Source: Cyanobacteriota bacterium
GTDB lineage: Bacteria > Cyanobacteriota > Cyanobacteriia > Cyanobacteriales > Nostocaceae
Direction of reading: 5' to 3'
DNA: 64,000 nt
Assembly: GCA_046045965.1 (NCBI GenBank)
Contig: JBJOKS010000001.1
Coordinates: forward strand, 1 to 64,000
Shown here: positions 32,795-43,445 of the stretch, piece by piece
Numbering within the stretch: the first letter of the stretch is position 1
How the letters are laid out: each line of letters starts with the position of its first letter
Notes under the pieces: model-generated
What the model was told of the DNA's origin: nothing
The model's input: the letters and a program-made list of their open reading frames with translations, nothing else
Database searches by the model: none
Made by a program: the position numbers and the translations under genes

Positions 32795-33406
32795 ATGACT
32801 GAGGAACTAATTAGTGCTGTTGCCCTAGCAGAAACACCAGGGCAAATGGTAACAGCAGTGCAGAACCTGGCAGCAGCTAAAGATCCAGCCGCCATTCCCA
32901 CATTCATTGCTGTTTTTGGTTATAACAACCCAGCAGCAGCAGTGGTGGCAGTAGCCGCACTCACAGAATTGGGCGAAATAGCAGTACCCCAATTGCTAGA
33001 ACAAATTGATGATTATAACTATGGCGCACGGGCTTATTCGATTCGCACTTTAGCAGCGATCGCTGATCCCCGTGCTTTAGATGTGTTAATCTCCACTGCT
33101 GCTACAGACTTTGCTCCTAGTGTTCGCCGTGCTGCTGCCAAAGGACTAGGAAACTTAAATTGGTCTAAATTAGGCTTTCCTGAAAGTCAAACAGCCATCA
33201 ACCGCGCCTTAGATACACTAATGTTGATATGCCAAGATACGGACTGGTCAATTCGTTATGCAGCCATTGTTGGTTTACAGGCTTTGGCAAAAATAGCGGA
33301 GGTGAGAGAAACCATTTTGACTCTCTTCCAAGAAATGCTGGCTAATGATGCCCAAAAGGCAGTCCGTGCCCGGATTCAGTTAGCTTCTACCAATTTGGGA
33401 TTTTAG
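32795..33406 (+). CDS. cpcF: Phycocyanobilin lyase subunit CpcF
   Basis: GYNNPAAA, YNYGARA, DFAPSVRRAAAKGLG. Confidence 0.95.
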   Translation: MTEELISAVALAETPGQMVTAVQNLAAAKDPAAIPTFIAVFGYNNPAAAVVAVAALTELGEIAVPQLLEQIDDYNYGARAYSIRTLAAIADPRALDVLISTAATDFAPSVRRAAAKGLGNLNWSKLGFPESQTAINRALDTLMLICQDTDWSIRYAAIVGLQALAKIAEVRETILTLFQEMLANDAQKAVRARIQLASTNLGF

Positions 33407-33502
33407 ATTTTGGGATTAATCTCAAATTACCCGCACTATCCCAACTTGGCTATCACAATCAATAGACCGCTCTTTATACCATAAAACAAGGTAAAAGTAA
33501 AG

Positions 33503-34342
33503 ATGTCAATACCACTCTTAGAATATTCTCCTGCTTCGCAAAATCAGCGAGTAGAAGGTTACGAAGTACCTAACGAAGACACCCCAACCCTTTATAAACT
33601 GAACTATGCCACATCAGATCAAGATGTGGATGCCATTATCTGGGCGGGATATCGGCAGATTTTTAGCGAACATCTGATTTTAAGCAGTTACCGTCAAAAA
33701 TTTTTAGAATCTCAACTGCGAAATCGGGCTATTACCGTCCGTGATTTTATTCGTGGTTTAGGTAAATCAGATGTTTTCCGTAGCCAAGTAGCAGACGTTA
33801 ACTCTAACTATCGCTTAGTTGATATTATCCTCAAGCGGTTTGTGGGACGGGCAGCTTATAACAAAGATGAAGAAATTGCTTGGTCTATTGTCATTGCCAC
33901 CAAAGGCGTACATGGCTTTATTGATGCGTTGTTGGACTCTGACGAGTACCTAGAAAACTTTGGTGATGACATCGTACCTTATCAACGTCGTCGCTTTGGA
34001 TCACGTCCTTTTAACTTAGTGAATCCTCGCTACAATGCTGAATGGCGTGACACCCAAAGTATGCGTTCCCTTGGTTATCGTTCTTTCTACAGCATCCGCA
34101 CTTCAGGAACTCTCACTACTGAAGATATTCGCAAAGCTATCCCAGCTAACTTCTTTGCAATGGCTGGAAAAATCATCACTCCCGAACGCAACTACCAAAG
34201 AACAATTGCTTCTGTGACTTCTCAAGTGAAAACTTTGGATATTCCCGATACTTCACGGGATGTAACCACAGAGGAAGTAACTATTAAACCGGTAGCAGTT
34301 TCTCTACCTTATAGCTATATCCCTGCGATCGCGAAAAATTAA
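33503..34342 (+). CDS. cpcG1: Rod-core linker CpcG1
   Basis: 279 aa; MSIPLLEY..SQNQRV; C-terminus ...VAVSLPYSYIP. Confidence 0.9.
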   Translation: MSIPLLEYSPASQNQRVEGYEVPNEDTPTLYKLNYATSDQDVDAIIWAGYRQIFSEHLILSSYRQKFLESQLRNRAITVRDFIRGLGKSDVFRSQVADVNSNYRLVDIILKRFVGRAAYNKDEEIAWSIVIATKGVHGFIDALLDSDEYLENFGDDIVPYQRRRFGSRPFNLVNPRYNAEWRDTQSMRSLGYRSFYSIRTSGTLTTEDIRKAIPANFFAMAGKIITPERNYQRTIASVTSQVKTLDIPDTSRDVTTEEVTIKPVAVSLPYSYIPAIAKN

Positions 34343-34464
34343 TCAAAGGGAACAGGGAACAGGCAGGGGAAGCAGGGGGAGATTAATAACCCAATGCCCA
34401 ATGCCCAATGCCCAATACCCAATACCAATTACCTACCCATTACAACTTACAAACATTGTAAAAT

Positions 34465-35208
34465 ATGGCAATACCTTTACTAGAATATAAACCCAGTTCT
34501 CAAAACCAACGGGTTTCAGGTTACGAAGTACCGAACGAAGACAGCCCCAGAATTTACCGCATAGAAGATTATGCTGTTGGTGGTGAAGTTGAAGAGTTAA
34601 TTTGGGCTGCGTATCGGCAACTGTTCAGCGAACACGTCATCCTCAAATTCTACCGTCAAGGTAATTTAGAATCTCAGGTAAAAAATAAAGCTATTACTGT
34701 CCGTGACTTTATTCGGGGTTTAGCTAAGTCTGACGCTTTCCAGGATTTGGTCATCAAAACCAACTCCAATTATCGCTTAGTAGAACTGGGACTCAAGCGG
34801 TTGTTAGGTCGTGCGCCTTACAACAAAGATGAAGAAATCGCTTGGTCAATCAAAATTGCTACAGACGGTTGGGATGGTTTTGTTGATGCGTTGATAGATT
34901 CACAAGAATATCAAAGCAGCTTTGGTGAAAATATAGTTCCCTACCAACGCCGACGCTATAAAGATAGACCCTTTAATTTGGTAACACCCCGCTATGCTGG
35001 CTACTGGCGCGATAAGTTAGAAGCTGCACGCTACAAACCAGGTAGTATCAGTGACTTCATGAAAATGGCTGCTTCTGTTAGCATCAGGACTGTTACTTAC
35101 ACACCAGTTAGCACAGCTAACATTAAAATTCCTGATACTACTAGGGACACAATACCCGCAGGTATTCCTGTTTCTATCAGTCCTAGTGCTAGTTTCCCTA
35201 TAGGCTAA
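34465..35208 (+). CDS. cpcG2: Rod-core linker CpcG2
   Basis: 247 aa; C-terminus [13 protein letters not shown]...SPSASFP. Confidence 0.88.
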   Translation: MAIPLLEYKPSSQNQRVSGYEVPNEDSPRIYRIEDYAVGGEVEELIWAAYRQLFSEHVILKFYRQGNLESQVKNKAITVRDFIRGLAKSDAFQDLVIKTNSNYRLVELGLKRLLGRAPYNKDEEIAWSIKIATDGWDGFVDALIDSQEYQSSFGENIVPYQRRRYKDRPFNLVTPRYAGYWRDKLEAARYKPGSISDFMKMAASVSIRTVTYTPVSTANIKIPDTTRDTIPAGIPVSISPSASFPIG

Positions 35209-35330
35209 ATCTCTTAATTAGGTGTGTTACCTAATGCGGGAAAATAGTTAAAGCGTGAATTGGGAAGTTGAGTCATCAAACCTGGTTCCGTTTTCAAAGT
35301 CAAATTTATTAACAAGAGGAAAGACGCAGC

Positions 35331-36092
35331 ATGGCACTGCCATTACTTCAATACAAACCAACCACTCAAAATCACCGTGTTAGCACCTTTGGCGTTGCTG
35401 ACACAAATGAAGATACCCCATATATCTATCGTTTAGAAGATGTTAGTTCTTACACTGACATTCAAAGCATCATTTGGGCATCCTATCGCCAAGTTTTCAG
35501 CGAACATGAGATTTTGAAGTTTAACCGCCAAATTACTTTAGAATCTCAGCTGAAAAATGGTTCTTTGTCTGTTAAAGACTTCATTCGTGGTTTAGCTAAA
35601 TCCGAAGCTTTTTATCGTTTAGTTGTTTCTGTGAACAACAACTACCGTTTAGTAGATATTACCCTCAAGCGCCTTTTGGGTCGTTCTGCTTACAACAAAC
35701 AAGAAGAAATTGCTTGGTCTATTGTTATTGGTACTAAGGGTTTCAGTGGCTTTGTTGATGCTTTATTAGACAGCGAAGAATACAGCCAAAACTTTGGTGA
35801 CAATACTGTACCCTACCAACGCAACCGCTTAGAAGGTCGTCCTTACAATTTGGTGACTCCTCGCTACGGTGCAGACTTCCAAGAAACCGCAGGTACAGTC
35901 AGAACCGACTGGCGCTTTGTTTTGGACAACTTCTACACTGCAAAAGCGAAAACAAAGCGTTTGCAAGAAGGCGATCCTGGCAAGTTTGCAGATATGGCTG
36001 CATCACTCTCTGGTAAGGGTAACTACGCTCAAAAAATCTCTTCTTTTGATATTGATTTCTTGAATGGTGTTCCTTATCGTGGTAGACGCTAA
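35331..36092 (+). CDS. cpcG4: Rod-core linker CpcG4
   Basis: 253 aa; hydrophilic C-terminus ending VPYRGRR, so not the TM-tailed CpcL. Confidence 0.85.
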   Translation: MALPLLQYKPTTQNHRVSTFGVADTNEDTPYIYRLEDVSSYTDIQSIIWASYRQVFSEHEILKFNRQITLESQLKNGSLSVKDFIRGLAKSEAFYRLVVSVNNNYRLVDITLKRLLGRSAYNKQEEIAWSIVIGTKGFSGFVDALLDSEEYSQNFGDNTVPYQRNRLEGRPYNLVTPRYGADFQETAGTVRTDWRFVLDNFYTAKAKTKRLQEGDPGKFADMAASLSGKGNYAQKISSFDIDFLNGVPYRGRR

Positions 36093-36217
36093 GAAGGTAA
36101 TTCTTTAATTACCTAAATTTCCTGTTGGGTCTGGTTTTTACATTAATATGATAACGGCTTGGCGGTTCCTCTGTTGGCTAGTTATGATATTAGGTGAAAA
36201 CTAGACCCTTGGTTTTC

Positions 36218-36317
36218 GGAGGCAGGAGGCAGGAGGCAGGAGGCAGGAGGCAGGAGGCAGGAGGCAGTAGGCAGGAGGCAGGAGGCAGGAGGCAGGAGGC
36301 AGGAGGCAGGAGGCAGA
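36218..36317. repeat. STRR (GGAGGCA)n array
   Basis: About 14 tandem heptamers at the edge of the accessory cluster. Confidence 0.9.
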
Positions 36318-36357
36318 AGGGAAAAGATTTTTAATTTTTAATTTTTACTTTTTGATT

Positions 36358-36975
36358 ATGAACCAAAGATTAACTCAAGAACAGTTAAATCAGATTATTG
36401 CGGAAGTTCAAGGTTTACAGTTACGTCAAGAATCGGAATTTGATAAACCACAGATTCAGCAAATTTTACAAGAATTAAATTTACCAACTGAATTATTAGA
36501 TGAAGCTTTGATTCAGTTACGTCGTCGTCAAGCTTTGGAATTGCAACAACGTCGTAATAAAATGATTGCTTTTGGTGTGGTTGGAGCTATTATTATTACT
36601 GTTAGTGGAACAGTATTTTTTAATCAACAACAAAGTTCTTTATTGGCTAATGTGTCTGCTCAACAAGATAGAATTACTTTAGCTGATAAGGTTGATATAA
36701 AAACTGTTAATCGTCAATCTAATGCTGAAGTTTTCTATCGTGTAACTTTAAAAGATGCACCGATAGGTAAAAAGTTATCTCTAAGTTGTAATTGGATTGA
36801 TCCTAGTGGTCAAGTTGTGAAGCAAAATAATTATCAAACTCGTGAGGTGACAACTTCTATTTGGGATACTTTTTGTCGTTATCCTATTAATCCTACTGCA
36901 CCTGTGGGTAATTGGAAGGTGGAAATGTTGCTGGATGGGAGAAAAATTAGTGAGGAAATTTTTGTTGTGCAATAG
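36358..36975 (+). CDS. Single-TM protein with C-terminal beta-sandwich (DUF3859-like)
   Basis: Helical N-terminus, TM segment, W.DPSG and G.WKVE motifs. Confidence 0.65.
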   Translation: MNQRLTQEQLNQIIAEVQGLQLRQESEFDKPQIQQILQELNLPTELLDEALIQLRRRQALELQQRRNKMIAFGVVGAIIITVSGTVFFNQQQSSLLANVSAQQDRITLADKVDIKTVNRQSNAEVFYRVTLKDAPIGKKLSLSCNWIDPSGQVVKQNNYQTREVTTSIWDTFCRYPINPTAPVGNWKVEMLLDGRKISEEIFVVQ

Positions 36976-36977
36976 TT

Positions 36978-38687
36978 ATGTTTTCAGGTGATTTTATCGG
37001 TTATTGGGGTGAGAAGAAGGAAGATTTTTTCACGCAAAGATGCAGAGACGCAGAGAGAGGAGGAAAGGGAGAGAAGTTTGTTTTTGAGGTTGTTTATGTG
37101 GGGTGTGAGTCTGTACCGGAGATAGAAGGAAATATTATTGCTGCTGTTTCTGCGTCGGGGTTTTCTGATGCTGATGTGTGGGTGAAGGTAAAAGATGATC
37201 AGTTGATTTTGGGTAGGGAGGTTTTTGGGAGAGTTCCTTTATTTTGGAGTTGTAAAAATAATACTGTTTGGTTTGCTTCTCGGTTAGAATTACTTTTAGA
37301 AATAATGGAAAACCCGGAAGTTTGTATTTCTGGTTTATATGGTTATTCTTGTTTTTCTTATGTTCCTACTCCTTTAACTCCTGTTGATGGGGTGTTTTCT
37401 GTAAGTGCGGGAACTGAGGTTATTTTTAAGTTGGATAATCTTGGTTTTCCTGAAGTTAGAAAAATTTATCAATGGACTGAAATAAAAGAACAAATTAAAG
37501 ATGAAAATACCGCAGTTTCTCAATTACAAACTTTACTAAAGAATGCGGTAGAAAAGCAAGTTGCTGATTTAAATGATGAACCTGTGGGAGTTTTTCTTTC
37601 TGGGGGTTTAGATTCTTCTATTGTTGCTGCTTTGTTGGTACAATTGGGGTTGAAGGTTCGCGCTTATAGTTTAGATTTTGGTGATTTTGGTATTTCTGAA
37701 TATCCTTATGCGGAACAAGTAGCGCAGTTTCTCAATATTCCTTTAATTAAGGTTGATGCTAGTCCTAAGAATATTAAAAATGCTATTATTCCTACTGTTA
37801 AAGCTTTAGATTTACCTTTTGGTGATGGTGTTACTGTTCCTTTATATCTTTTAAATAAAGTTGCTTCTCAAGAAACGCGGGTAATTTTTAATGGTGAAGG
37901 TGGTGATCAATTATTTGCAGGTTGGACTAATAAACCTTTAATTGCTGCGGGTATTTATCAAAGTGAATATCCTAATAAAAGTGAAGATTTTATCTCACAA
38001 TATCTGCGAACTTTTCACCGTCTTTGGGGTTATGAAAAACAGGTTTATCAGCCGCAAATTTATGCTCAGATTCAAGGTTTAAATGCTCAGGAATGGCTTT
38101 TAGATGCTCTTGATTCGAGTTTTTGCCCTTCTTTGTTACATCGTCTGCGTCGTGCTAGTTTGATGTTGAAAGGAGCGCAAAATATTCATCCCCGTGCGAC
38201 TGCTTTAAGTTTTGTGCATGGGTTAAATGTGCGATCGCCTTTTTGTGATTTACTTTTAGCAGAATGGACTTTTCAGCTATCTGGTGAACTCTGTTTACAG
38301 GGTGCTTGTGAAAAATATATACTGAAACGTGCTGTAGAAAATTGGCTACCATCGGAAATTGTATGGAGACAAAAGCGGGGTATGGGTGTTCCCTTAACCT
38401 CTTGGTGTGTAAATAATTTTTGGCATGATATCGGTAATTGGTTAAATCCGGGTATACTAAAAGCAGAAAATATTTTTTATTCTGATATAGCATCACAAAT
38501 TGTTAGTGGAGAATTAGGAGGGAATATTCAAGGACGACGGATAGGTGAGACACTTTGGTTACTGATTATGTGGGAACTTTGGTATGCTCATGTTTTTGGT
38601 GTACAGCTAGGTCAAAAGTCTTGGAATCATCCATTTTTATTACCTAATTGGTTATGGAAACATTACAAGAAACTCCAAAATTATTAA
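36978..38687 (+). CDS. Asparagine synthetase-like ATP-dependent amide ligase 1 (no N-terminal Cys)
   Basis: LSGGLDSS PP-loop, NGEGGDQLFAG, RSPF, KYILK...RQKRGM. Confidence 0.88.
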   Translation: MFSGDFIGYWGEKKEDFFTQRCRDAERGGKGEKFVFEVVYVGCESVPEIEGNIIAAVSASGFSDADVWVKVKDDQLILGREVFGRVPLFWSCKNNTVWFASRLELLLEIMENPEVCISGLYGYSCFSYVPTPLTPVDGVFSVSAGTEVIFKLDNLGFPEVRKIYQWTEIKEQIKDENTAVSQLQTLLKNAVEKQVADLNDEPVGVFLSGGLDSSIVAALLVQLGLKVRAYSLDFGDFGISEYPYAEQVAQFLNIPLIKVDASPKNIKNAIIPTVKALDLPFGDGVTVPLYLLNKVASQETRVIFNGEGGDQLFAGWTNKPLIAAGIYQSEYPNKSEDFISQYLRTFHRLWGYEKQVYQPQIYAQIQGLNAQEWLLDALDSSFCPSLLHRLRRASLMLKGAQNIHPRATALSFVHGLNVRSPFCDLLLAEWTFQLSGELCLQGACEKYILKRAVENWLPSEIVWRQKRGMGVPLTSWCVNNFWHDIGNWLNPGILKAENIFYSDIASQIVSGELGGNIQGRRIGETLWLLIMWELWYAHVFGVQLGQKSWNHPFLLPNWLWKHYKKLQNY

Positions 38688-39874
38688 CTCCATTTTCTCT
38701 GGAACTCGCTCAAGAATTATTACAAATTTACGGTTCTCCTTTATATGTTTATGATGGTGATATTTTAAATCAAACTATTTCCCATATTACCCAATCTTTT
38801 AGTTATCCCCATACTAAGTTTCATTTCGCTAGTGTGACAAATGGTAATATTGCGTTATTGAAGATATTTAAAAATGCTGGTTGGGGACTTCATGCTAATA
38901 CTCCAGGGGATATTTATTTGGGTTTAAATGCAGATTTTGAACCTCATGATATTGTCTATAGTGGGAGTAATTTAAATCGGGAGGAAATGTCACAAGTTTT
39001 AAATTGGGGTGTGAAGACGCTGAATTTGGATAGTATTTCTCAGTTACGTTTATTGTGTGAGATGTTTTTGTTTCGCGCAAAGACGCAAAGGAGCAAAGAC
39101 GCAAACTTAAATATTGGTTTACGTTTAAATGTTTCTGAAGATAGTCGTATTGGTGTTAGTATAGCAGATTTTGATCAGGCTGTTGCTATTGCTCATGATG
39201 CAGGTTTAAAAATTTCTGGTTTGCATTTTTATCGGGGTACGGGAACTAATGCTACTTCTGCTTTTACTGATGCTATTGATTGGGTTTTTGAGACTGCCAA
39301 AAATTTACCAGATTGGCAATATTTAGATTTTGGTGGTGGTTTTGGTTATCCATATCATCATCAAGGTGTGGCTTTTGATTGGGAATTGTTTGGAGATGAA
39401 TTAAGTAAGAGAATTAGCAATTTAGGTAAAAATATTAATTTGATTATTGAACCAGGACGCTCTGCTGTAGCTGGTTGTGGAACTTTGTTAGCTAAGGTTG
39501 TCTCTGTAAAATGGCAAGGTAAAAAACAAGTTTTAGGTGTAGATTCTACAATTGCTAATATTTCTGTTCCTGCGGTACATGGAGGTTATCGAGAAATCGT
39601 AAGTTGGAAAAATCAAACTTCGGAAAAATACCTAACTGATGTTTGTGGAAATACCACTTATTCACGGGATTATTTAGGTAAAAATTGCCAACTTCCTGCT
39701 TTAGAAATTGGTGATATGATCGCTATTTTAGATGTCGGTGCTTATGGTTATGCTATGTCTTCCCATTTTTTACATCGTCCCAAACCTGCGGAGGTGTTAT
39801 TAGAAAATGGGTGTCATCGTTTAATTAGAAAACGGGAAAATTACAGTGTTTTATTGAATAATCAAATAGTTTAA
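38654..39874 (+). CDS. Diaminopimelate/ornithine decarboxylase-fold (fold III PLP) protein with atypical active site
   Basis: GSPLYVYD, DFGGGFG, EPGRS and GAYG retained; FASVTN where YAxKAN is expected. Confidence 0.85.
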   Translation: METLQETPKLLTPFSLELAQELLQIYGSPLYVYDGDILNQTISHITQSFSYPHTKFHFASVTNGNIALLKIFKNAGWGLHANTPGDIYLGLNADFEPHDIVYSGSNLNREEMSQVLNWGVKTLNLDSISQLRLLCEMFLFRAKTQRSKDANLNIGLRLNVSEDSRIGVSIADFDQAVAIAHDAGLKISGLHFYRGTGTNATSAFTDAIDWVFETAKNLPDWQYLDFGGGFGYPYHHQGVAFDWELFGDELSKRISNLGKNINLIIEPGRSAVAGCGTLLAKVVSVKWQGKKQVLGVDSTIANISVPAVHGGYREIVSWKNQTSEKYLTDVCGNTTYSRDYLGKNCQLPALEIGDMIAILDVGAYGYAMSSHFLHRPKPAEVLLENGCHRLIRKRENYSVLLNNQIV

Positions 39875-39909
39875 ATATATTACCCATTTTACCCATTACC
39901 AAAAAACTT

Positions 39910-41208
39910 ATGAAATGTATTAACTGCGGAACTGATAATAATTTAAAAGACAGAACAGCAAACAACGGAAGATGTAAAGAATGTAATCATCCTTTTGCTT
40001 TTGAACCAACAACAATGGGGAATGTGAAAATTACTGATCCCATGTTTGCAAAAATATTAGCTGATATTTCTGCTAATGATACTTTATATTTTACACCCAA
40101 GCAGCTTTTATATTTTTTAGAAAATCGTCTCCGAAGAAAATCGTTTCAACCTTTAGGTTTTGGTTTTATATATCTCTTTTTCAATGTTTGGGTAACTGGA
40201 TTTTTGGGAGGGGTTACTTCTAGTTTTTTACCCAATTCTTTTGTCATTACTAACTTAGTTTATCAAGCAGGAGTAATTCTCTACTTATTTAAAAATACTA
40301 CTTCCAGTAAGTTAAATAGTGCACGTCGCAAAGCAAATGCGAGAACTTTACAATTGGTGGGAATAGGAATTTTGGTAGTGGGGATATTAGTCAGTTTAGG
40401 ATTAAATTCTTTCCCAATTTTTACGGTTGTGGTAATTTTAGGAATGTTGTCAATATTTTTAGGAACTAGACAGTTAGGAAAGGTAGGAAATTTACCACAG
40501 GAATTTTTAATTCCTCAATCTTATGTAGATGGTTGGTTGGAAAATTGGCAAACAATTAATGGTAGAATTGATAAGGTTTTACCTGCACCACAAGAACAAA
40601 TTGCACCTGCATCTATTAACCCTGATGTCACTGCTTACAGTTTTGATAGGTTAGTTGTTTGTGATAGTGCTAATATTGCTCAATTATTAATTGCTAATAA
40701 TTTCCACTTTGAAAATAATTGTGCAGTTCTCAGTATTAATGGTTATCCTCAAAGTATTTTTAACACGACAATAAAAATGCTCAGACGTAACCCCAATTTA
40801 CAAGTTTTTGCTCTCCATGATTGTAGTCCTAAAGGTGTTAGTTTGGTGCATCGTCTCCGCACCAGTGAGAATTGGTTTCTTAATAGTGATGTGACAATTA
40901 TTGATATCGGTTTATTACCGCGTCAAATTATTGCGAATAAGCGAGGAATGTTTATCCAAAATTCAGCTTCTTTAGCTAAAAAAGCGACAGAATTACCTTT
41001 AGAAATTCGTCAGACTTTATCTGCTGAAGAATTAGCTTGGTTAGATGCTGGTAATTTTGTGGAATTGGAATCTTTCTCTCCGCAAATGTTGATTAAAGTT
41101 CTCAGAAGTGGTATTTCTGGAAGTCTGAATTTAGCAAGTGATGATAGTAGTATGATTTTAATTGGTGATGGGGGTAATGATATTTATATGGTGGAAAGTT
41201 TTGGTTAA
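39910..41208 (+). CDS. Zn-ribbon + transmembrane + TOPRIM-like protein
   Basis: CINC...CKEC, about 4 hydrophobic helices, then LVVCD, NGYP, ALHDCSPKG, IGLLP, VELES. Confidence 0.65.
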   Translation: MKCINCGTDNNLKDRTANNGRCKECNHPFAFEPTTMGNVKITDPMFAKILADISANDTLYFTPKQLLYFLENRLRRKSFQPLGFGFIYLFFNVWVTGFLGGVTSSFLPNSFVITNLVYQAGVILYLFKNTTSSKLNSARRKANARTLQLVGIGILVVGILVSLGLNSFPIFTVVVILGMLSIFLGTRQLGKVGNLPQEFLIPQSYVDGWLENWQTINGRIDKVLPAPQEQIAPASINPDVTAYSFDRLVVCDSANIAQLLIANNFHFENNCAVLSINGYPQSIFNTTIKMLRRNPNLQVFALHDCSPKGVSLVHRLRTSENWFLNSDVTIIDIGLLPRQIIANKRGMFIQNSASLAKKATELPLEIRQTLSAEELAWLDAGNFVELESFSPQMLIKVLRSGISGSLNLASDDSSMILIGDGGNDIYMVESFG

Positions 41209-41216
41209 TAAGCTGA

Positions 41217-41678
41217 TTATAAATTATGCTCCCAATATTTGGCAGATAAAAGTAAATCTGTACCAAAATCAAATGGCCATGTATCAGGAAAATCTGTTTG
41301 TTTATACTCAACGGAAACAATATCTAAAGCATCAATATAAACTTCTGTAAATATTTGTGCTAAATAAGGTTTTAAGCTAGGAGATTCTTTCAATAAAACT
41401 TTAATTTGTTTTCGTTGTTCTACAATAGTTACTTCCCATCCATTGAAGTTTTCAGAACTGTTAACATACATCCGTTTGAGAATATGCGCTATCAAAAATA
41501 ATAATCTATTTCTTAATTCTCGTCTTTCGCTTTTTCCCAAACTTTCAATCTCCTCTATTAAATTTTCAAAATCAAGATTTTCTACATCTTTTGCTTTGAG
41601 TTGAACAACGGTTCTTTCACACCAAGCAAGAAAATCGGTTTCATATAAAATATCATGTTTGGGTATGTTTTGTATCAT
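41217..41678 (-). CDS. DUF29 family protein
   Basis: LYETDFLAW, LDFENLIEEIESLG, SPSLK. Confidence 0.92.
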   Translation of the reverse strand: MIQNIPKHDILYETDFLAWCERTVVQLKAKDVENLDFENLIEEIESLGKSERRELRNRLLFLIAHILKRMYVNSSENFNGWEVTIVEQRKQIKVLLKESPSLKPYLAQIFTEVYIDALDIVSVEYKQTDFPDTWPFDFGTDLLLSAKYWEHNL

Positions 41679-41701
41679 TAATTTTACTCCTGGAGTGATT
41701 C

Positions 41702-43432
41702 TTACTTAATTACTAATTTTTTATTTACCTGCAACCAAATTTCCAAACTAACCAATAACCATAGTTTAACACCATATCTTCCCCAAATATCACCTTTAAA
41801 ATCTAACCAATTTCGCAATATTTCCTGATTAATATAAGCTGCAATCTCACTATTTCTATTTAACAACAATTTCCGCGCTTCTTTTTGCCAATATTTCCTA
41901 AATCCTAATTGTACAGGAACCATCATCCCACTTTTAGGACGATGAATAATGCTATCTGGTAAAATATCATTCACTGCTTTTTTCAAAACTGCTTTTTCTT
42001 CCACTCCTGAAAGTTTATATTCTGGAGGAATTTGCATACTAAAATCAACTACTCGCTGATCAAATAACGGTGATAAACCCTGTAAACCTGCTGCTTGGGT
42101 TAAGTTATTGACCTTTGTTAAAATCTGATCAGCACCTTTAAATTTAATATTCAATGTCATTAATCTATTTAAATAATTAACGTCTGCATTTAAATCATCG
42201 TAAAATACAGAAGTTTCGTTTTTCAAACTTTGGTAAATCTGTGGTTTTAAAAGTTGTTCTAAATCTAAAGCACACTTTTGAAAAGAAATTAAATAAGCTT
42301 TTAAAGAATCTTGATTATTAATAGAACCATATAAACTATTAATCAACATCGGTTGATTTTTGGGACCACCAAAACAAGGATCTCCACCTTCTCCATTTAG
42401 TGTAGTCTCTACGTTTTCCCGTGCTAATTTGCCTATTAATAAATTTGGTACTGTTAAAGGATCACCTATCGGATCATCTAAATACAACATCGTTTCTGGA
42501 AGACGTTCCCACATATCCCGAAATGTGATTTCTAAAATGTGATGTTGTGTTTGACAATGTTGGGCAACCAAACTAGAAAATTCTAATTCATTTGCTGTTT
42601 CTGTACCAAAATGAATAGAATAAGTGTGAACTGGTGCATTATGCAATTGTGCTGCTAATGCTGTAATGCTGCTAGAGTCTAAACCACCAGAAAGGAATAC
42701 ACCAACGGGTTGATTTTCGGGTAAATATTCTTTGACAACTTGCTCAAGTAAAGCGCGTAATTTCTCGCTATACCATTCTAAAGGTTGATTTTTATCTATA
42801 ACTTGTTCTTGGAGTTGCCAATAATGGTAAACTTTGTTTGATGGCATTTCTAGAAATGTTCCTGGACGCATTTCTCGGATATCCTTCCAAAGTGTTCTTT
42901 CTCCTGGAACAAATGCACAACACAGATAATCCCGCAATGCAATTAAATCTAAATCATTGTTTCTATAAGGTGCAAGGGTGGTTAATTTAGGGGCAATCCA
43001 ACAAGTTGAACCATTAGCAGTATAATATAAAGTCCTACTACCAATGGCATCTCTGACTAAATATAATACTTGCTGTTCTCTATCCCAAACCACTAACCCA
43101 AAAATTCCCATCAAAAGGGTTAAAGATTCAGAGTTGTATTTTTCCCAAAGTTGTGCAATTATTTGTTGATTACTAATATTTTCATTAATATGAATTGCCA
43201 ATTTTTGCAGGAGTTCTAAACGATTACTTAACCATATATCACCAACTACTACAAATCTTTTTGTAGGACTAAAGGCAAAGTTCTCTGGTACAGAAATAAC
43301 TGCAAATTGCTCATCTTTCCAGATTACATCTTCTGTTAAATTATCTAACTTTCCATAAGCTACACACCAACTAGGAATCACTTCAATATTGGAAATGGTA
43401 GATTTAGGAGTGGGAAAAAGATTAAAAAACAT
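41702..43432 (-). CDS. Asparagine synthetase-like ATP-dependent amide ligase 2 (no N-terminal Cys)
   Basis: RDAIGSRTLYY, LSGGLDSS, NGEGGDPCFGG, KAVLK...RPKSGM. Confidence 0.88.
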   Translation of the reverse strand: MFFNLFPTPKSTISNIEVIPSWCVAYGKLDNLTEDVIWKDEQFAVISVPENFAFSPTKRFVVVGDIWLSNRLELLQKLAIHINENISNQQIIAQLWEKYNSESLTLLMGIFGLVVWDREQQVLYLVRDAIGSRTLYYTANGSTCWIAPKLTTLAPYRNNDLDLIALRDYLCCAFVPGERTLWKDIREMRPGTFLEMPSNKVYHYWQLQEQVIDKNQPLEWYSEKLRALLEQVVKEYLPENQPVGVFLSGGLDSSSITALAAQLHNAPVHTYSIHFGTETANELEFSSLVAQHCQTQHHILEITFRDMWERLPETMLYLDDPIGDPLTVPNLLIGKLARENVETTLNGEGGDPCFGGPKNQPMLINSLYGSINNQDSLKAYLISFQKCALDLEQLLKPQIYQSLKNETSVFYDDLNADVNYLNRLMTLNIKFKGADQILTKVNNLTQAAGLQGLSPLFDQRVVDFSMQIPPEYKLSGVEEKAVLKKAVNDILPDSIIHRPKSGMMVPVQLGFRKYWQKEARKLLLNRNSEIAAYINQEILRNWLDFKGDIWGRYGVKLWLLVSLEIWLQVNKKLVIK

Positions 43433-43445
43433 GAAGAACGAATAA

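Noticed and set aside
36978..43432. Lasso peptide cluster
   Set aside because: No B1/B2 (RRE or transglutaminase-like) genes and no precursor-like ORF recognised
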